From a virus: 39,190 nucleotides of DNA. The DNA lies in the IMG/VR virus record IMGVR_UViG_3300034141_000061, positions 1-39,190 of that record; one strand, written 5' to 3'. A model generated the notes under the pieces. It was not told where the DNA came from and did not search any database. It worked only from the letters and a program-made list of their open reading frames with translations. Shown here piece by piece: positions 32,005 to 39,190 of the stretch (position 1 is the stretch's first letter; every line of letters starts with the position of its first letter). Both the position numbers and the translations under genes were made by a program.

Positions 32005-32547
32005 ATGAAATCCCCCGTCGCGCCTGCCCTGCCGGGCCTCGCACCGGCGCCCAAGAGAGGGCCGGGCCGTCCGAAAGGATCCGCGAACAAGCGCTCGGGC
32101 GACCTGCAGCGCTACATCGAGAGCACCTATGGCGGGCTGACGCCGGGCCAGCAGTCCGCGGCGGTCGGCCTGGTGACGGCGGCCGAGCTGCGCGCCGACG
32201 GCGGGGACCTGCTGGTGGCCATGGCGCGGAAGGCCGCCCGGCTGGCCACGCTGATCGGGTGCGAGGGCAAGGAGGCGTGGCTGCTGATGCAGCGGGAGCG
32301 GGCCGACCTGCTGCCCTACATCCACCAGAAGCTGCCGCCGAAGGCCGAGGCCGGCCAGGGCGACACGCCGACCCATACGTTCTACGCCGTGCCGATCGAG
32401 GAGACGACGGCGGCCGGCGGCGGCGCGCAGCTGGGCGAGTGGGACACGCCCGCCGACCTCATTGAATATCAAGGGGTTAGCACCGAGCCCGGCGAGCAAG
32501 TCACCCAACCGAAGTCACCTGACGACAACGAACCTGTTGAACCGTAA
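32005..32547 (+). CDS. Terminase small subunit candidate
   Basis: 180 aa immediately upstream of terL and downstream of the iteron field. The N-terminus is basic (KRGPGRPKGSANKRSGDL). Position-based call. Confidence 0.45.
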   Translation: MKSPVAPALPGLAPAPKRGPGRPKGSANKRSGDLQRYIESTYGGLTPGQQSAAVGLVTAAELRADGGDLLVAMARKAARLATLIGCEGKEAWLLMQRERADLLPYIHQKLPPKAEAGQGDTPTHTFYAVPIEETTAAGGGAQLGEWDTPADLIEYQGVSTEPGEQVTQPKSPDDNEPVEP

Positions 32548-32604
32548 AGGCTTCCACCCTCGCGCGCCTCTGATCAGAAATCAGATGGGCTAGGCCCTGG
32601 GGGC

Positions 32605-32638
32605 CGACCCCCCGCCCCCCTCTCGACCCCCCGCCCCC
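32605..32638 (-). repeat. G-quadruplex-type tract on the minus strand (GGGGG-C-GGGGGG-TCGAGA-GGGGGG-C-GGGGGG), a tandem CGACCCCCCGCCCCC repeat on the plus strand
   Basis: Read directly in the terS-terL gap. There are four G-runs of 5-6 with loops of 1, 6 and 1 nt. Confidence 0.8.
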
Positions 32639-32700
32639 GAAAACCGGGCCCGTCCGTTTTCCCGTGGGGGGTGCTTCCGGCAGGTTCAACGCCCTCGGCT

Positions 32701-32721
32701 CCGTCCCCCCCCCGTTCTGGC
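32701..32721 (+). repeat. C-rich 21-nt intergenic motif, copy 4: CCGTCCCCCCCCCGTTCTGGC
   Basis: Read directly. It lies upstream of the first plausible terL start (TTG 32769), or inside the ORF if GTG 32664 were used. Confidence 0.9.
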
Positions 32722-32768
32722 CCGGCGAAATTGATTCGGTCGAAACGGGTCAGGGTCAGGGAAAGCGC

Positions 32769-34286
32769 TTGTCGGGCGAAGCGAAGGTCGAGCAGCGGCA
32801 GTGGGGCTTCGCCGGACCGGTGGCGCGACGGTTCGAGTTCGACCGCTCGCCAATCGTGTTTCTGACGGGGCCGACGGGCGGCGGCAAAACCATAGCCGCG
32901 GCGCGCCGGTGTCTTCGTACTGCTCTCTGGCAGCACGCTAGTCCGAGAGACGGCTGGCGTCGAGCCCGGATTTACGTCGTCTGCCCCACCTATCGGATCG
33001 CCTGGGACAGCGTCATCCCCAGCTACCTGAAGGTCTATCCGAAGGAGACCAAGGGCCCGACGTGCGAAGCTGTCTGGAAGGGCGCCCAGGGCGACCCCGC
33101 GACCCACATCGTCCGCTTCCCCGGGAAAGGGCCCGACGGTCAGGGCCCGGTCGAGCTGGAGGTGCGGTTCCGCGCCGTGCAGGACGTCGACCTGGACGAG
33201 TTCTTCCGGGGCAAGGAGTGCACGGCGTTCTGGCTGCCGGAATTCGACACCCATGAGCAGAAGGCGATCCTGTCGTATTGCGTCAACCGGGTCGGGCGCT
33301 TCCCCGAGCCCGACGACCGTCCGATCGATCCGCCGACGCCGTCCTACGCCGGCGTGTGGGGCGACGCGAACACGCCGACGATCGGCAGTTGGTTCCAGAA
33401 GGACTTCTACACCGCCGCCCCGGCGGGCGTGATGGTGCACAAGCAGCCGCCCGGCTATGATCCAGACAGTCCCGACGGCTTCCATGCCCAGGCCGAGAAC
33501 GCGGCCAACCTGAGGCGCATCCGGCCCGACTACTACCGCAACATGGCGGCGGGCATGGAGGAGCACGACGTGCGCCGCCTGCTGCAGTGCAAGCTGACCT
33601 ACGGTCGGATGGGCAAGCCGGTGCACCCGGCCTTCGACGAGACCCTGCATGTCGGACCCCAGGCCATGGAGCCGGACGCCGAGGCCGTGGTGGTCATCGG
33701 CATCGACGTCGACTTCCACGGCGCCGCGTCGTTCGGTCAGCGGGGGATGTTCGGAAGCTGGAATGTATTCGCCGAGATCGTGGCGGCTGACAGCCCCGAC
33801 GGCGAGATGGACGTGATCGAGTTCGCCGACGCCATCGTGGGCGTGATGAAGACCGTGTTCCCGCGCTGCAAGCGGGCGATCATCGTCATGGATCCGGCGG
33901 GCAAGAGCCGTTCGACCCTGAACCGTGGGCTGAGCTGGGCCAGCGAGCTGCAGGCGCGCACCAAGATCACGGTCGTCCCGGCGCCCAGCAATGATCCGAG
34001 GCTACGCCGCGCGGCCATGGCGCGGCCCCTGAAGCGCCGCAACGGCATCCGCTGGCATCCTCGCTGCACCTGGTCGATCACCGCCATGAACGGCGGCTTC
34101 CACTACCCGCAGAAGGGCAATCAGACGTCGATGGTGGCGAAGAAGAACGTCTATTCGTCGATCGGAGAGGCCAACGAATACATGACCATGGGCGGCGAAG
34201 GCGTCGAGGACCGGGCCGGCCTGGTCCCCTATATGGGCATGGGCGCGCCGAGCCAGTCGAACGTCGTGGAAGTGGTGTTCGACTAG
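32769..34286 (+). CDS. terL: Terminase large subunit
   Basis: Walker A FLTGPTGGGKT at about 32860-32892, with ATPase and then nuclease-like halves, upstream of portal. There is no in-frame ATG before Walker A. Start candidates are TTG 32769 (AGGGAAAG upstream) and GTG 32664 (no SD; would translate the C-rich motif). Confidence 0.8.
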   Translation: MSGEAKVEQRQWGFAGPVARRFEFDRSPIVFLTGPTGGGKTIAAARRCLRTALWQHASPRDGWRRARIYVVCPTYRIAWDSVIPSYLKVYPKETKGPTCEAVWKGAQGDPATHIVRFPGKGPDGQGPVELEVRFRAVQDVDLDEFFRGKECTAFWLPEFDTHEQKAILSYCVNRVGRFPEPDDRPIDPPTPSYAGVWGDANTPTIGSWFQKDFYTAAPAGVMVHKQPPGYDPDSPDGFHAQAENAANLRRIRPDYYRNMAAGMEEHDVRRLLQCKLTYGRMGKPVHPAFDETLHVGPQAMEPDAEAVVVIGIDVDFHGAASFGQRGMFGSWNVFAEIVAADSPDGEMDVIEFADAIVGVMKTVFPRCKRAIIVMDPAGKSRSTLNRGLSWASELQARTKITVVPAPSNDPRLRRAAMARPLKRRNGIRWHPRCTWSITAMNGGFHYPQKGNQTSMVAKKNVYSSIGEANEYMTMGGEGVEDRAGLVPYMGMGAPSQSNVVEVVFD

Positions 34287-34359
34287 CCGTCCCCTCAGGC
34301 CATTGGCGGTCGCATCCTTGGGTCTCTGGTTTGATCCAGTCCACAATGGAGAATTCGCC

Positions 34360-34839
34360 ATGAGACGTGCCTTCAGTCTGATCGCGGTCTGCTGCATCGC
34401 CCTGACCGCCGCCGCCTGCAGTTTCGCCACCGCCGCCGATGCTGCGCCTGTCTTCGCCGCCATGGCGGCGTCGGCCGACCCGGGATGGGCCGAGGGCGCC
34501 GCCATGGCTATGACCCTGTCGGCCGCCGGCGTTACCGCGTCGTCGTCGTTGCAAGCCGACGACGCCGCGGCCGGCGCCGTTGCTGTCGCCCCGCGCGTGA
34601 CCCTTGAAAGTATCGAGGCCAAGATCGTGCGAGAGGAAACGCATGTCTTCGATGATCTGCTGACGGTCCACGTCCTGACGATGGCCAACGGCTTCAAAAT
34701 CACCGGCGAGAGCGCGTGCGCCAGTCCCGAAAACTACAACGCCGAGCTGGGCGTCAAGATCGCGCGTGATCAGGCAATCAGGAAAGCGTGGGGCTTCGAG
34801 GGCTACCTGCTTCGAGAACAGTTGCACGCCAGCGGCTGA
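34360..34839 (+). CDS. Lipoprotein with N4 gp49 / Sf6 gp66-like C-terminal domain
   Basis: 159 aa from ATG 34360 with GGAGAA upstream. The signal peptide has lipobox MRRAFSLIAVCCIALTAAAC. The C-terminal FKITGESACASPENYNAELGVKIARDQAIRKAWGFEGYLLREQL resembles the gp49/gp66 phage family as I recall it. Confidence 0.6.
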   Translation: MRRAFSLIAVCCIALTAAACSFATAADAAPVFAAMAASADPGWAEGAAMAMTLSAAGVTASSSLQADDAAAGAVAVAPRVTLESIEAKIVREETHVFDDLLTVHVLTMANGFKITGESACASPENYNAELGVKIARDQAIRKAWGFEGYLLREQLHASG

Positions 34840-34888
34840 AGTCGGCCAGTAGGGGCGGATCAGCATGTCGCCCCGAATACCGTCTAGG

Positions 34889-34924
34889 AGCCCCGGCCGG
34901 GAAATTGGCCGGGGCTTTTCGTTG
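34889..34924 (+). terminator. Rho-independent terminator after the lipoprotein gene
   Basis: Perfect 10-bp stem AGCCCCGGCC / GGCCGGGGCT with an 8-nt loop, followed by TTTTCGTTG. Confidence 0.8.
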
Positions 34925-34933
34925 TCCGGCATT

Positions 34934-34954
34934 CCGTCCCCTCCCCGTTGCGGC
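34934..34954 (+). repeat. C-rich 21-nt intergenic motif, copy 5: CCGTCCCCTCCCCGTTGCGGC
   Basis: Read directly. It lies between the terminator and ATG 34972, ending 17 nt upstream of that ATG. Confidence 0.9.
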
Positions 34955-34971
34955 GGGCCGAGGATGCAGGA

Positions 34972-35166
34972 ATGAGCTTCCTGCGCCGCCCGAAGGTCAC
35001 CGCCCCTCCCCGCCCGATTGATCCGGCGGATACGGCCAACCGCGCCGATCAGGTGCGGCAGAAGCGGCTGCGCGGCGGCGGGACCGCATCAACCTTCCTG
35101 AGCCAAGCCGTCGCCGAGGCCGCGCAGGTCGGCCCGCGGCCGACCCTGACGGGTGCCGCCGGATGA
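34972..35166 (+). CDS. Small head-module protein (64 aa)
   Basis: ATG 34972 with GAGGA upstream. ATGA overlap with the portal gene. Basic and Pro-rich. Confidence 0.55.
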   Translation: MSFLRRPKVTAPPRPIDPADTANRADQVRQKRLRGGGTASTFLSQAVAEAAQVGPRPTLTGAAG

Positions 35167-36884
35167 CGACGGCCGCCCAGGTCCAGGTCAGCGACTTCGG
35201 CAAGCGCGTCCGGCGCCATTTCGAAGACGCGCAGCAGCTGCGTCGGATGCACGAGCCCGGCTGGCAGGCCGTCAGCGACTATTTCTACCCGAACAGCAGC
35301 TTCAACATCACGCCCGTGCCCGGCCAGCGCCGCAACCGGCGCGTGGTGACCAACGTGGGGCGCCAGAACCTGACATCGGCGGCCGCGTTGGTGACCGCCT
35401 ATGCGATCGACACCACCCAGCCTTTCCTGACGCCCAACGTCGGCCGGTCCATGGCCCAGAGCGGGCGCGCCGTTTACCGCAAGGGCCCCGACGGTCGGCG
35501 GCTGGACCTAGACGAGGCGTCGCGGGACTATCTCGACGACCTGCGCTGGCAGATGTTCGACGCGCAGATGCTGCCGCAGAGCAACTTCCTGCCGGCGACG
35601 GTGCGGTTCATCCTCGAATTCCTCGGCTTCGGCGGCAGCGTCCAGTGGACGGGCCGCAAGCGCGGGTTCGGACCCCGCTACCAGCACCGCCCGCTGCGCG
35701 CCTGCTGGTGGATCGAGAACGAAGACGGCGAGATCGACACCCTGTTCTTCCAGTGGACGACGCCGGCCCACCGCCTGGTCGAGCGCTACCCTGACGCCGC
35801 CAACCATCCGAAGATCAGGGAGATGGCGGCCGACGACAAGAAGGCCAGCACTCCGATCCGCTGCCTGCACCTGGTGGAGCCGCGCAAGGGCGGCGTCATG
35901 GGCGGCGTGGCGTCCAACAAGCCGTTCGCGTCAAAAGTCTTCCTGCCCGACCACGACTGGTTCGAGGTCAAGAACGAGGGGTACGACAGCTTCCCCTACC
36001 AGATCGCCCGCATGGATCTGTGGGAGGGCTCGCCCTATCCGAGCGGCCTCGGCTTCCAAGCCCTGCCCGACCTGATGGCCATAAACCACTTCAGCGGCGG
36101 GATGGAACGTGCCATCGACCTGATCAACGATCCGGTGCTGTTCGCGCCGACGCGCCTGTTCGGCAACAAGCTGGACCGGCGCCCTGGCACGGTGAACATC
36201 TACGACCCGGTGAACCTGGGCTTCCAGAGCCTGAGGGACGCGATCCAGAAGGCCGAGATCTCCGGCGACCCCAGCTGGGCTGAACGCCGCATCGCCGCCC
36301 TGACGGTCAACGTCGAACGGGTGTTCTTCGCCGACATGATGCGGCTGCGCGACGCGGCGAACGTGACGGCCGAAGAGATCCGCGAGCGCCGCGACCTGCG
36401 CACACGGTCCATGAGCTTCCTGGTCCCCGCGCTCGACCGCGAGCTGTTCGGCAAGTCGGCCGACCGCAGCCTCGAAGCCCTGATGGAGGAAGACCTGGTC
36501 CCGGCCCCGCCGGCGGGCCTGTCGGGCGTCGAGGTCGATTGGGATTACGCCGGGCCGCTGGCCAAGGCGCAGATGCTGACCCAGGTGGACGGCGCCCTGC
36601 GCCTGTTCGACGCCGTCACCACGGCCAAGCAGTTCGACGAGAGCGCCGGCGACGTCGTCGCGGTGCACGAGGCGCTGCGCACCATCAACGACAGCCTGGG
36701 CAACGCGCCAGCCATGCTGAACAGCCGCGAGGCCGTAGCCGCGAAGGCGGAAGCCCGCGCCGAAGCCGAGGCACAGCAACAGCAGAATGAAGCGATGACC
36801 GCGAAGGCGACCGCCCTGCGCGACGCCGGCCAAGGCATCGCCTCGATCGAGAACACCGGACAGCCGGCGGCCATGGCGGCGTAG
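35163..36884 (+). CDS. Portal (head-to-tail connector) protein
   Basis: 573 aa. It lies between terL and scaffold/capsid, and its size is close to T7 gp8 (about 536 aa). Called on position and size. Confidence 0.7.
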   Translation: MTTAAQVQVSDFGKRVRRHFEDAQQLRRMHEPGWQAVSDYFYPNSSFNITPVPGQRRNRRVVTNVGRQNLTSAAALVTAYAIDTTQPFLTPNVGRSMAQSGRAVYRKGPDGRRLDLDEASRDYLDDLRWQMFDAQMLPQSNFLPATVRFILEFLGFGGSVQWTGRKRGFGPRYQHRPLRACWWIENEDGEIDTLFFQWTTPAHRLVERYPDAANHPKIREMAADDKKASTPIRCLHLVEPRKGGVMGGVASNKPFASKVFLPDHDWFEVKNEGYDSFPYQIARMDLWEGSPYPSGLGFQALPDLMAINHFSGGMERAIDLINDPVLFAPTRLFGNKLDRRPGTVNIYDPVNLGFQSLRDAIQKAEISGDPSWAERRIAALTVNVERVFFADMMRLRDAANVTAEEIRERRDLRTRSMSFLVPALDRELFGKSADRSLEALMEEDLVPAPPAGLSGVEVDWDYAGPLAKAQMLTQVDGALRLFDAVTTAKQFDESAGDVVAVHEALRTINDSLGNAPAMLNSREAVAAKAEARAEAEAQQQQNEAMTAKATALRDAGQGIASIENTGQPAAMAA

Positions 36885-37054
36885 GGCCGCACCACAGGAG
36901 AGACGGCCTTGAGCAAGCCCATGACCAAAAATCCGCCCCCGGAGCGGCCAACCAACCGCCGCCGGGGATTGTTGGCGTCAACGATGATGACGCCGCAGCA
37001 CGGTCAGCCACGCGGTGGCCTGTGCGGCGCTCTGCTTGAGCAGATGGCAGAGCC

Positions 37055-37540
37055 TTGACCGACATGCCCGCCGATACCGAGGAGCTGGAGCCCGCCGTCA
37101 GCTTTGACAGCGCGCGGCTGATCGCCGACGTCCGGCGGGGCGAGGAGTTCGCGATCAGCGAGGCGTACAGTCGCACGTTCGGCAACGCCTTGGGCCGCGT
37201 CGTCCTTCTGCACGCGCTGGCGACCATCGGCGAGGTGGGCAAGCCGCGCACGGCCGAGACGCCGGAGCAATCCAACCACACCAACGGGCGCGGCTACGCC
37301 GTGCTCGAGATCGCCCGCCTGGCGGGCTTCGACCATGTCGCGATCAGCGCGGCGGGTCTGACACAAACGCTTGAAGGAGCGAGCTATGAGCACGGATACG
37401 GGCAACACCAGCACCACGATGGAAGGCCAGTCGTCGACTTCGGAGACGGGGACCACGGGTTCGACGGCGGCGCAGCAGACGGGGACCACGGCGCAGACTT
37501 CGACCACGGAGGGACAATCGGGCCAGACCGGGACGACTGA
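37055..37540 (+). CDS. Hypothetical head-module protein with Asp/Gly/His-rich tail that overlaps the scaffold gene out of frame
   Basis: 161 aa (TTG 37055) or 158 aa (ATG 37064). GC3 is high up to about 37370. The frame then stays open for about 50 more codons inside the scaffold gene. Confidence 0.55.
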   Translation: MTDMPADTEELEPAVSFDSARLIADVRRGEEFAISEAYSRTFGNALGRVVLLHALATIGEVGKPRTAETPEQSNHTNGRGYAVLEIARLAGFDHVAISAAGLTQTLEGASYEHGYGQHQHHDGRPVVDFGDGDHGFDGGAADGDHGADFDHGGTIGPDRDD

Positions 37541-38387
37541 AGGCGGCGGCGCCACCACCACCACGGAGACGCCGTGGCAGGACAACCTAGCCGGCGACCT
37601 GAAGACCAACCCGCTGTTCCGCGACTACAAGAGCGTGGACGAGCTGGCGAAGGCTCACGACAACCTGGTGAAGCTGAAGGGCGCCAAGCCGTCCGAGCTG
37701 CTGAAAATCCCCGCCAAGACGCGCGACCAGGACCCTGAAGCGTGGAAGGCGTTCGACGCCGTGCGCGGCGTGCCGGCCGACCCGAAGGAATACAAGTTCG
37801 AGCTGGCTCCCGAGGCGGCGGCCGACGCCGGCGAGTTGGCCGGCACCCTGCGCGAGCTGGGAACCAAGGCCAGCCTGGACCCGCATCAGATGGCCGTCGT
37901 CGTCTCGACCCTGAACGACCTCGGGAAGAAGGCCGCCGAGGCCGAGGCAACGGCGCTGAACGCTGAAACCACGGCCACGACCGAGGCTCTGAAAAAGGAG
38001 TGGGGCGCGCAGTTCGACGGCAACCAGCGCGGCATCGGCAAGATGATCCGCGAAGCGCTGGGCGGCGAGATCGACGACGCCGCGATGGCGGACTTGCAGA
38101 CCCAGATCGGGTCGAACCTGACGGTGTCTCGCGTCCTCGCCCACGCACTTTCCAAGATGGCTGAGCCCGAGAACCCCGACGGCGACAGCCAGCGTGCCGC
38201 AGCGACCAAGCAGATGACGCCGACGCAGGCCACGGCGGCGCTGAACGCGTTCCAGGCCGACCCCGAGAAAATGAAGGCGCTGACCCAGCGAAATCATCCG
38301 CAGCATGCGGCGGTCATGGAAGAGCGGCGTCAGCTTCTGGCCTGGCAGACGGGCGAAAAGCGGGTCGATCAGCCGAAGTCGGCATAG
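37386..38387 (+). CDS. Scaffolding protein candidate
   Basis: 333 aa from ATG 37386 with AGGAG 7 nt upstream. The N-terminus is Thr/Ser/Gly-rich and the rest is charged and helical. It lies between portal and capsid like T7 gp9. Confidence 0.6.
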   Translation: MSTDTGNTSTTMEGQSSTSETGTTGSTAAQQTGTTAQTSTTEGQSGQTGTTEGGGATTTTETPWQDNLAGDLKTNPLFRDYKSVDELAKAHDNLVKLKGAKPSELLKIPAKTRDQDPEAWKAFDAVRGVPADPKEYKFELAPEAAADAGELAGTLRELGTKASLDPHQMAVVVSTLNDLGKKAAEAEATALNAETTATTEALKKEWGAQFDGNQRGIGKMIREALGGEIDDAAMADLQTQIGSNLTVSRVLAHALSKMAEPENPDGDSQRAAATKQMTPTQATAALNAFQADPEKMKALTQRNHPQHAAVMEERRQLLAWQTGEKRVDQPKSA

Positions 38388-38625
38388 GCGCTTGACCACG
38401 GGCGCAAATCACTTCAGCCCATAGACAACCGGTTCGGGGTGCGCCGGTCAAAAGCACCCCACCCTTCCCCTGCCGGAGACCGCGAAAGCGCCGGAGCCCA
38501 GGGGGAGCGTCCAAGGCGGACGACACCGCGAGGCGCGCACGGGCCGGTCCCGAGACTGCAGCCGATCAAACCACCACCCCAGGCCGACAGGCCGTTTGAT
38601 CGCATTGCAGGGAGGCTCGCGCCCC

Positions 38626-39190
38626 ATGGACTATTCGCAAATCACCCAGGCCGACGTCGAAGGCTTCCGCTCGAACCTGAACATGGTTCCGCAGCAGACC
38701 GAGAGCGTCTATCTGCCCCACATCAACGCCGACCTGAGCTATTCCGAGCCCGGGAAGATGTTCAACGTCGACAGCATCGGGACTTCCGACCCGAAAGACG
38801 TCGACACCGTCGTGCCGGACAGCCCCGAAGGCATCCTGGACATGACGCGCCGTGTCGGCCTGCTGAAGGGCTTCCACGACGGCAAGTTCATCGAGAGCGT
38901 CCAGAAGGTCCACCAGCTGCAGGACCCGACCAACGAGGTCATGCAGGCGATGCGCGCCGGCAAGATGCGCAAGCTGGACGACAAGGTCCGCGACAGCTTC
39001 TTCGCCGCCGCCCGGATCGGCGAGCACGGCGAGAACACGCTGAACTTCCCCACGGGCAAGGTGATCGGCGTTCAGAGCCGCGCCAAGCTGCACGCGGCCG
39101 AGGTAGCGTCCCTGCCGGCCTCGGGCGACCTGCCGCTGACCCTGGGCAAGATCCTTTCGGCGCGGGCCATCATCCGCAAGTCGAAGATCC
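38626..39190 (+). CDS. Major capsid protein, N-terminal part (continues at base 128 via the 127-bp overlap, ending at 504)
   Basis: ATG 38626 with AGGGAGG 10 nt upstream. The frame is open to the window end, and 39064..39190 duplicates 1..127 in the same frame. Confidence 0.75.
   Translation, partial: MDYSQITQADVEGFRSNLNMVPQQTESVYLPHINADLSYSEPGKMFNVDSIGTSDPKDVDTVVPDSPEGILDMTRRVGLLKGFHDGKFIESVQKVHQLQDPTNEVMQAMRAGKMRKLDDKVRDSFFAAARIGEHGENTLNFPTGKVIGVQSRAKLHAAEVASLPASGDLPLTLGKILSARAIIRKSKI
39064..39190. repeat. Terminal overlap of the contig (copy 2), identical to 1..127
   Basis: Compared base by base: 127/127 identical. Confidence 0.97.

Larger units (their letters stand above)
1..39063. mobile_element. 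Complete circular genome unit (39,063 bp) of a temperate phage, excised/virion form
   Basis: Bases 1-127 equal 39064-39190 and the capsid ORF reads in frame across that junction. Lysogeny, replication, packaging, head, tail and lysis modules are all present. attP is uninterrupted and no host-like flanks are seen. Confidence 0.85.

Noticed and set aside
31559-32465. ORFs 31559..32044 (-) and 31665..32465 (+) covering the iteron field
   Set aside because: They cross the repeat arrays and the terS gene out of frame and have Arg/Pro/Gly-rich translations. There is no SD or coupling to neighbours, so the region is better explained as non-coding regulatory DNA.
36909-37058. Small ORF (45-49 aa) between portal and the 37055 gene, with AGGAGAG upstream
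   Set aside because: About a third of its codons end in A/T, unlike genuine genes here, and the peptide is low-complexity. It is kept only as a possibility. It would be stop-start coupled (TTGA) to the next gene.
1-39190. Phage-encoded single-subunit RNA polymerase or DNA polymerase expected from the T7-like virion module
   Set aside because: No ORF of suitable size remains unassigned. All ORFs above 500 aa are accounted for as structural, terminase, helicase or antisense artefacts.

Overview
The first 127 bases are identical to the last 127, and the capsid ORF reads in frame through that junction. The window is therefore one complete circular unit (39,063 bp) of a high-GC temperate phage in excised or virion form, with attP intact and no host flanks. 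All calls rest on ORF structure, codon bias and motifs recognised by eye; no searches were run. Starting at the packaging end, the + strand carries: an HNH endonuclease (31155..31487); a 500-bp non-coding region packed with GGTTCC/GGAACC iterons; terS-like and terL genes; a lipoprotein gene with its own terminator; portal; a small head protein; scaffold; major capsid (38626 across the junction to 504); a possible decoration protein plus terminator; tail tubular A- and B-like genes; a GNAT-like gene; four internal virion or ejection proteins, one with an SLT domain; fibre and beta-helix tailspike; then holin, M15 endolysin and overlapped spanins (to 17517). This order and these sizes are collinear with the T7 gp8-gp17 structural module, but no phage RNA polymerase is present. 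The rest is lambdoid. It comprises a three-gene minus-strand accessory cassette (17534..19017), an attP built on the 3' half of a tRNA (19208..19252), and a tyrosine integrase. Next comes an early-left operon of small genes (Xis-like, TetR-like and wHTH-like regulators), a CI-like HTH+S24 repressor divergent from a Cro-like gene, and a replication module (DnaA-domain-IV-like protein, PAPS-reductase-like PP-loop protein, Toprim primase, SF3 helicase). The most notable unexplained signals are: (1) the unrecognisable three-gene cassette in the cargo position beside attP; (2) a 21-nt C-rich motif (CCGTCCCCYCCCCGTTCGGGC) repeated five times, plus one half copy, at late-gene junctions; (3) two tandem inverted-iteron modules upstream of terS; (4) a dispersed (C/G)AAGTCACC 9-mer flanking attP and found at two other loci; (5) a G-quadruplex-type tract in an unusually long terS-terL gap.
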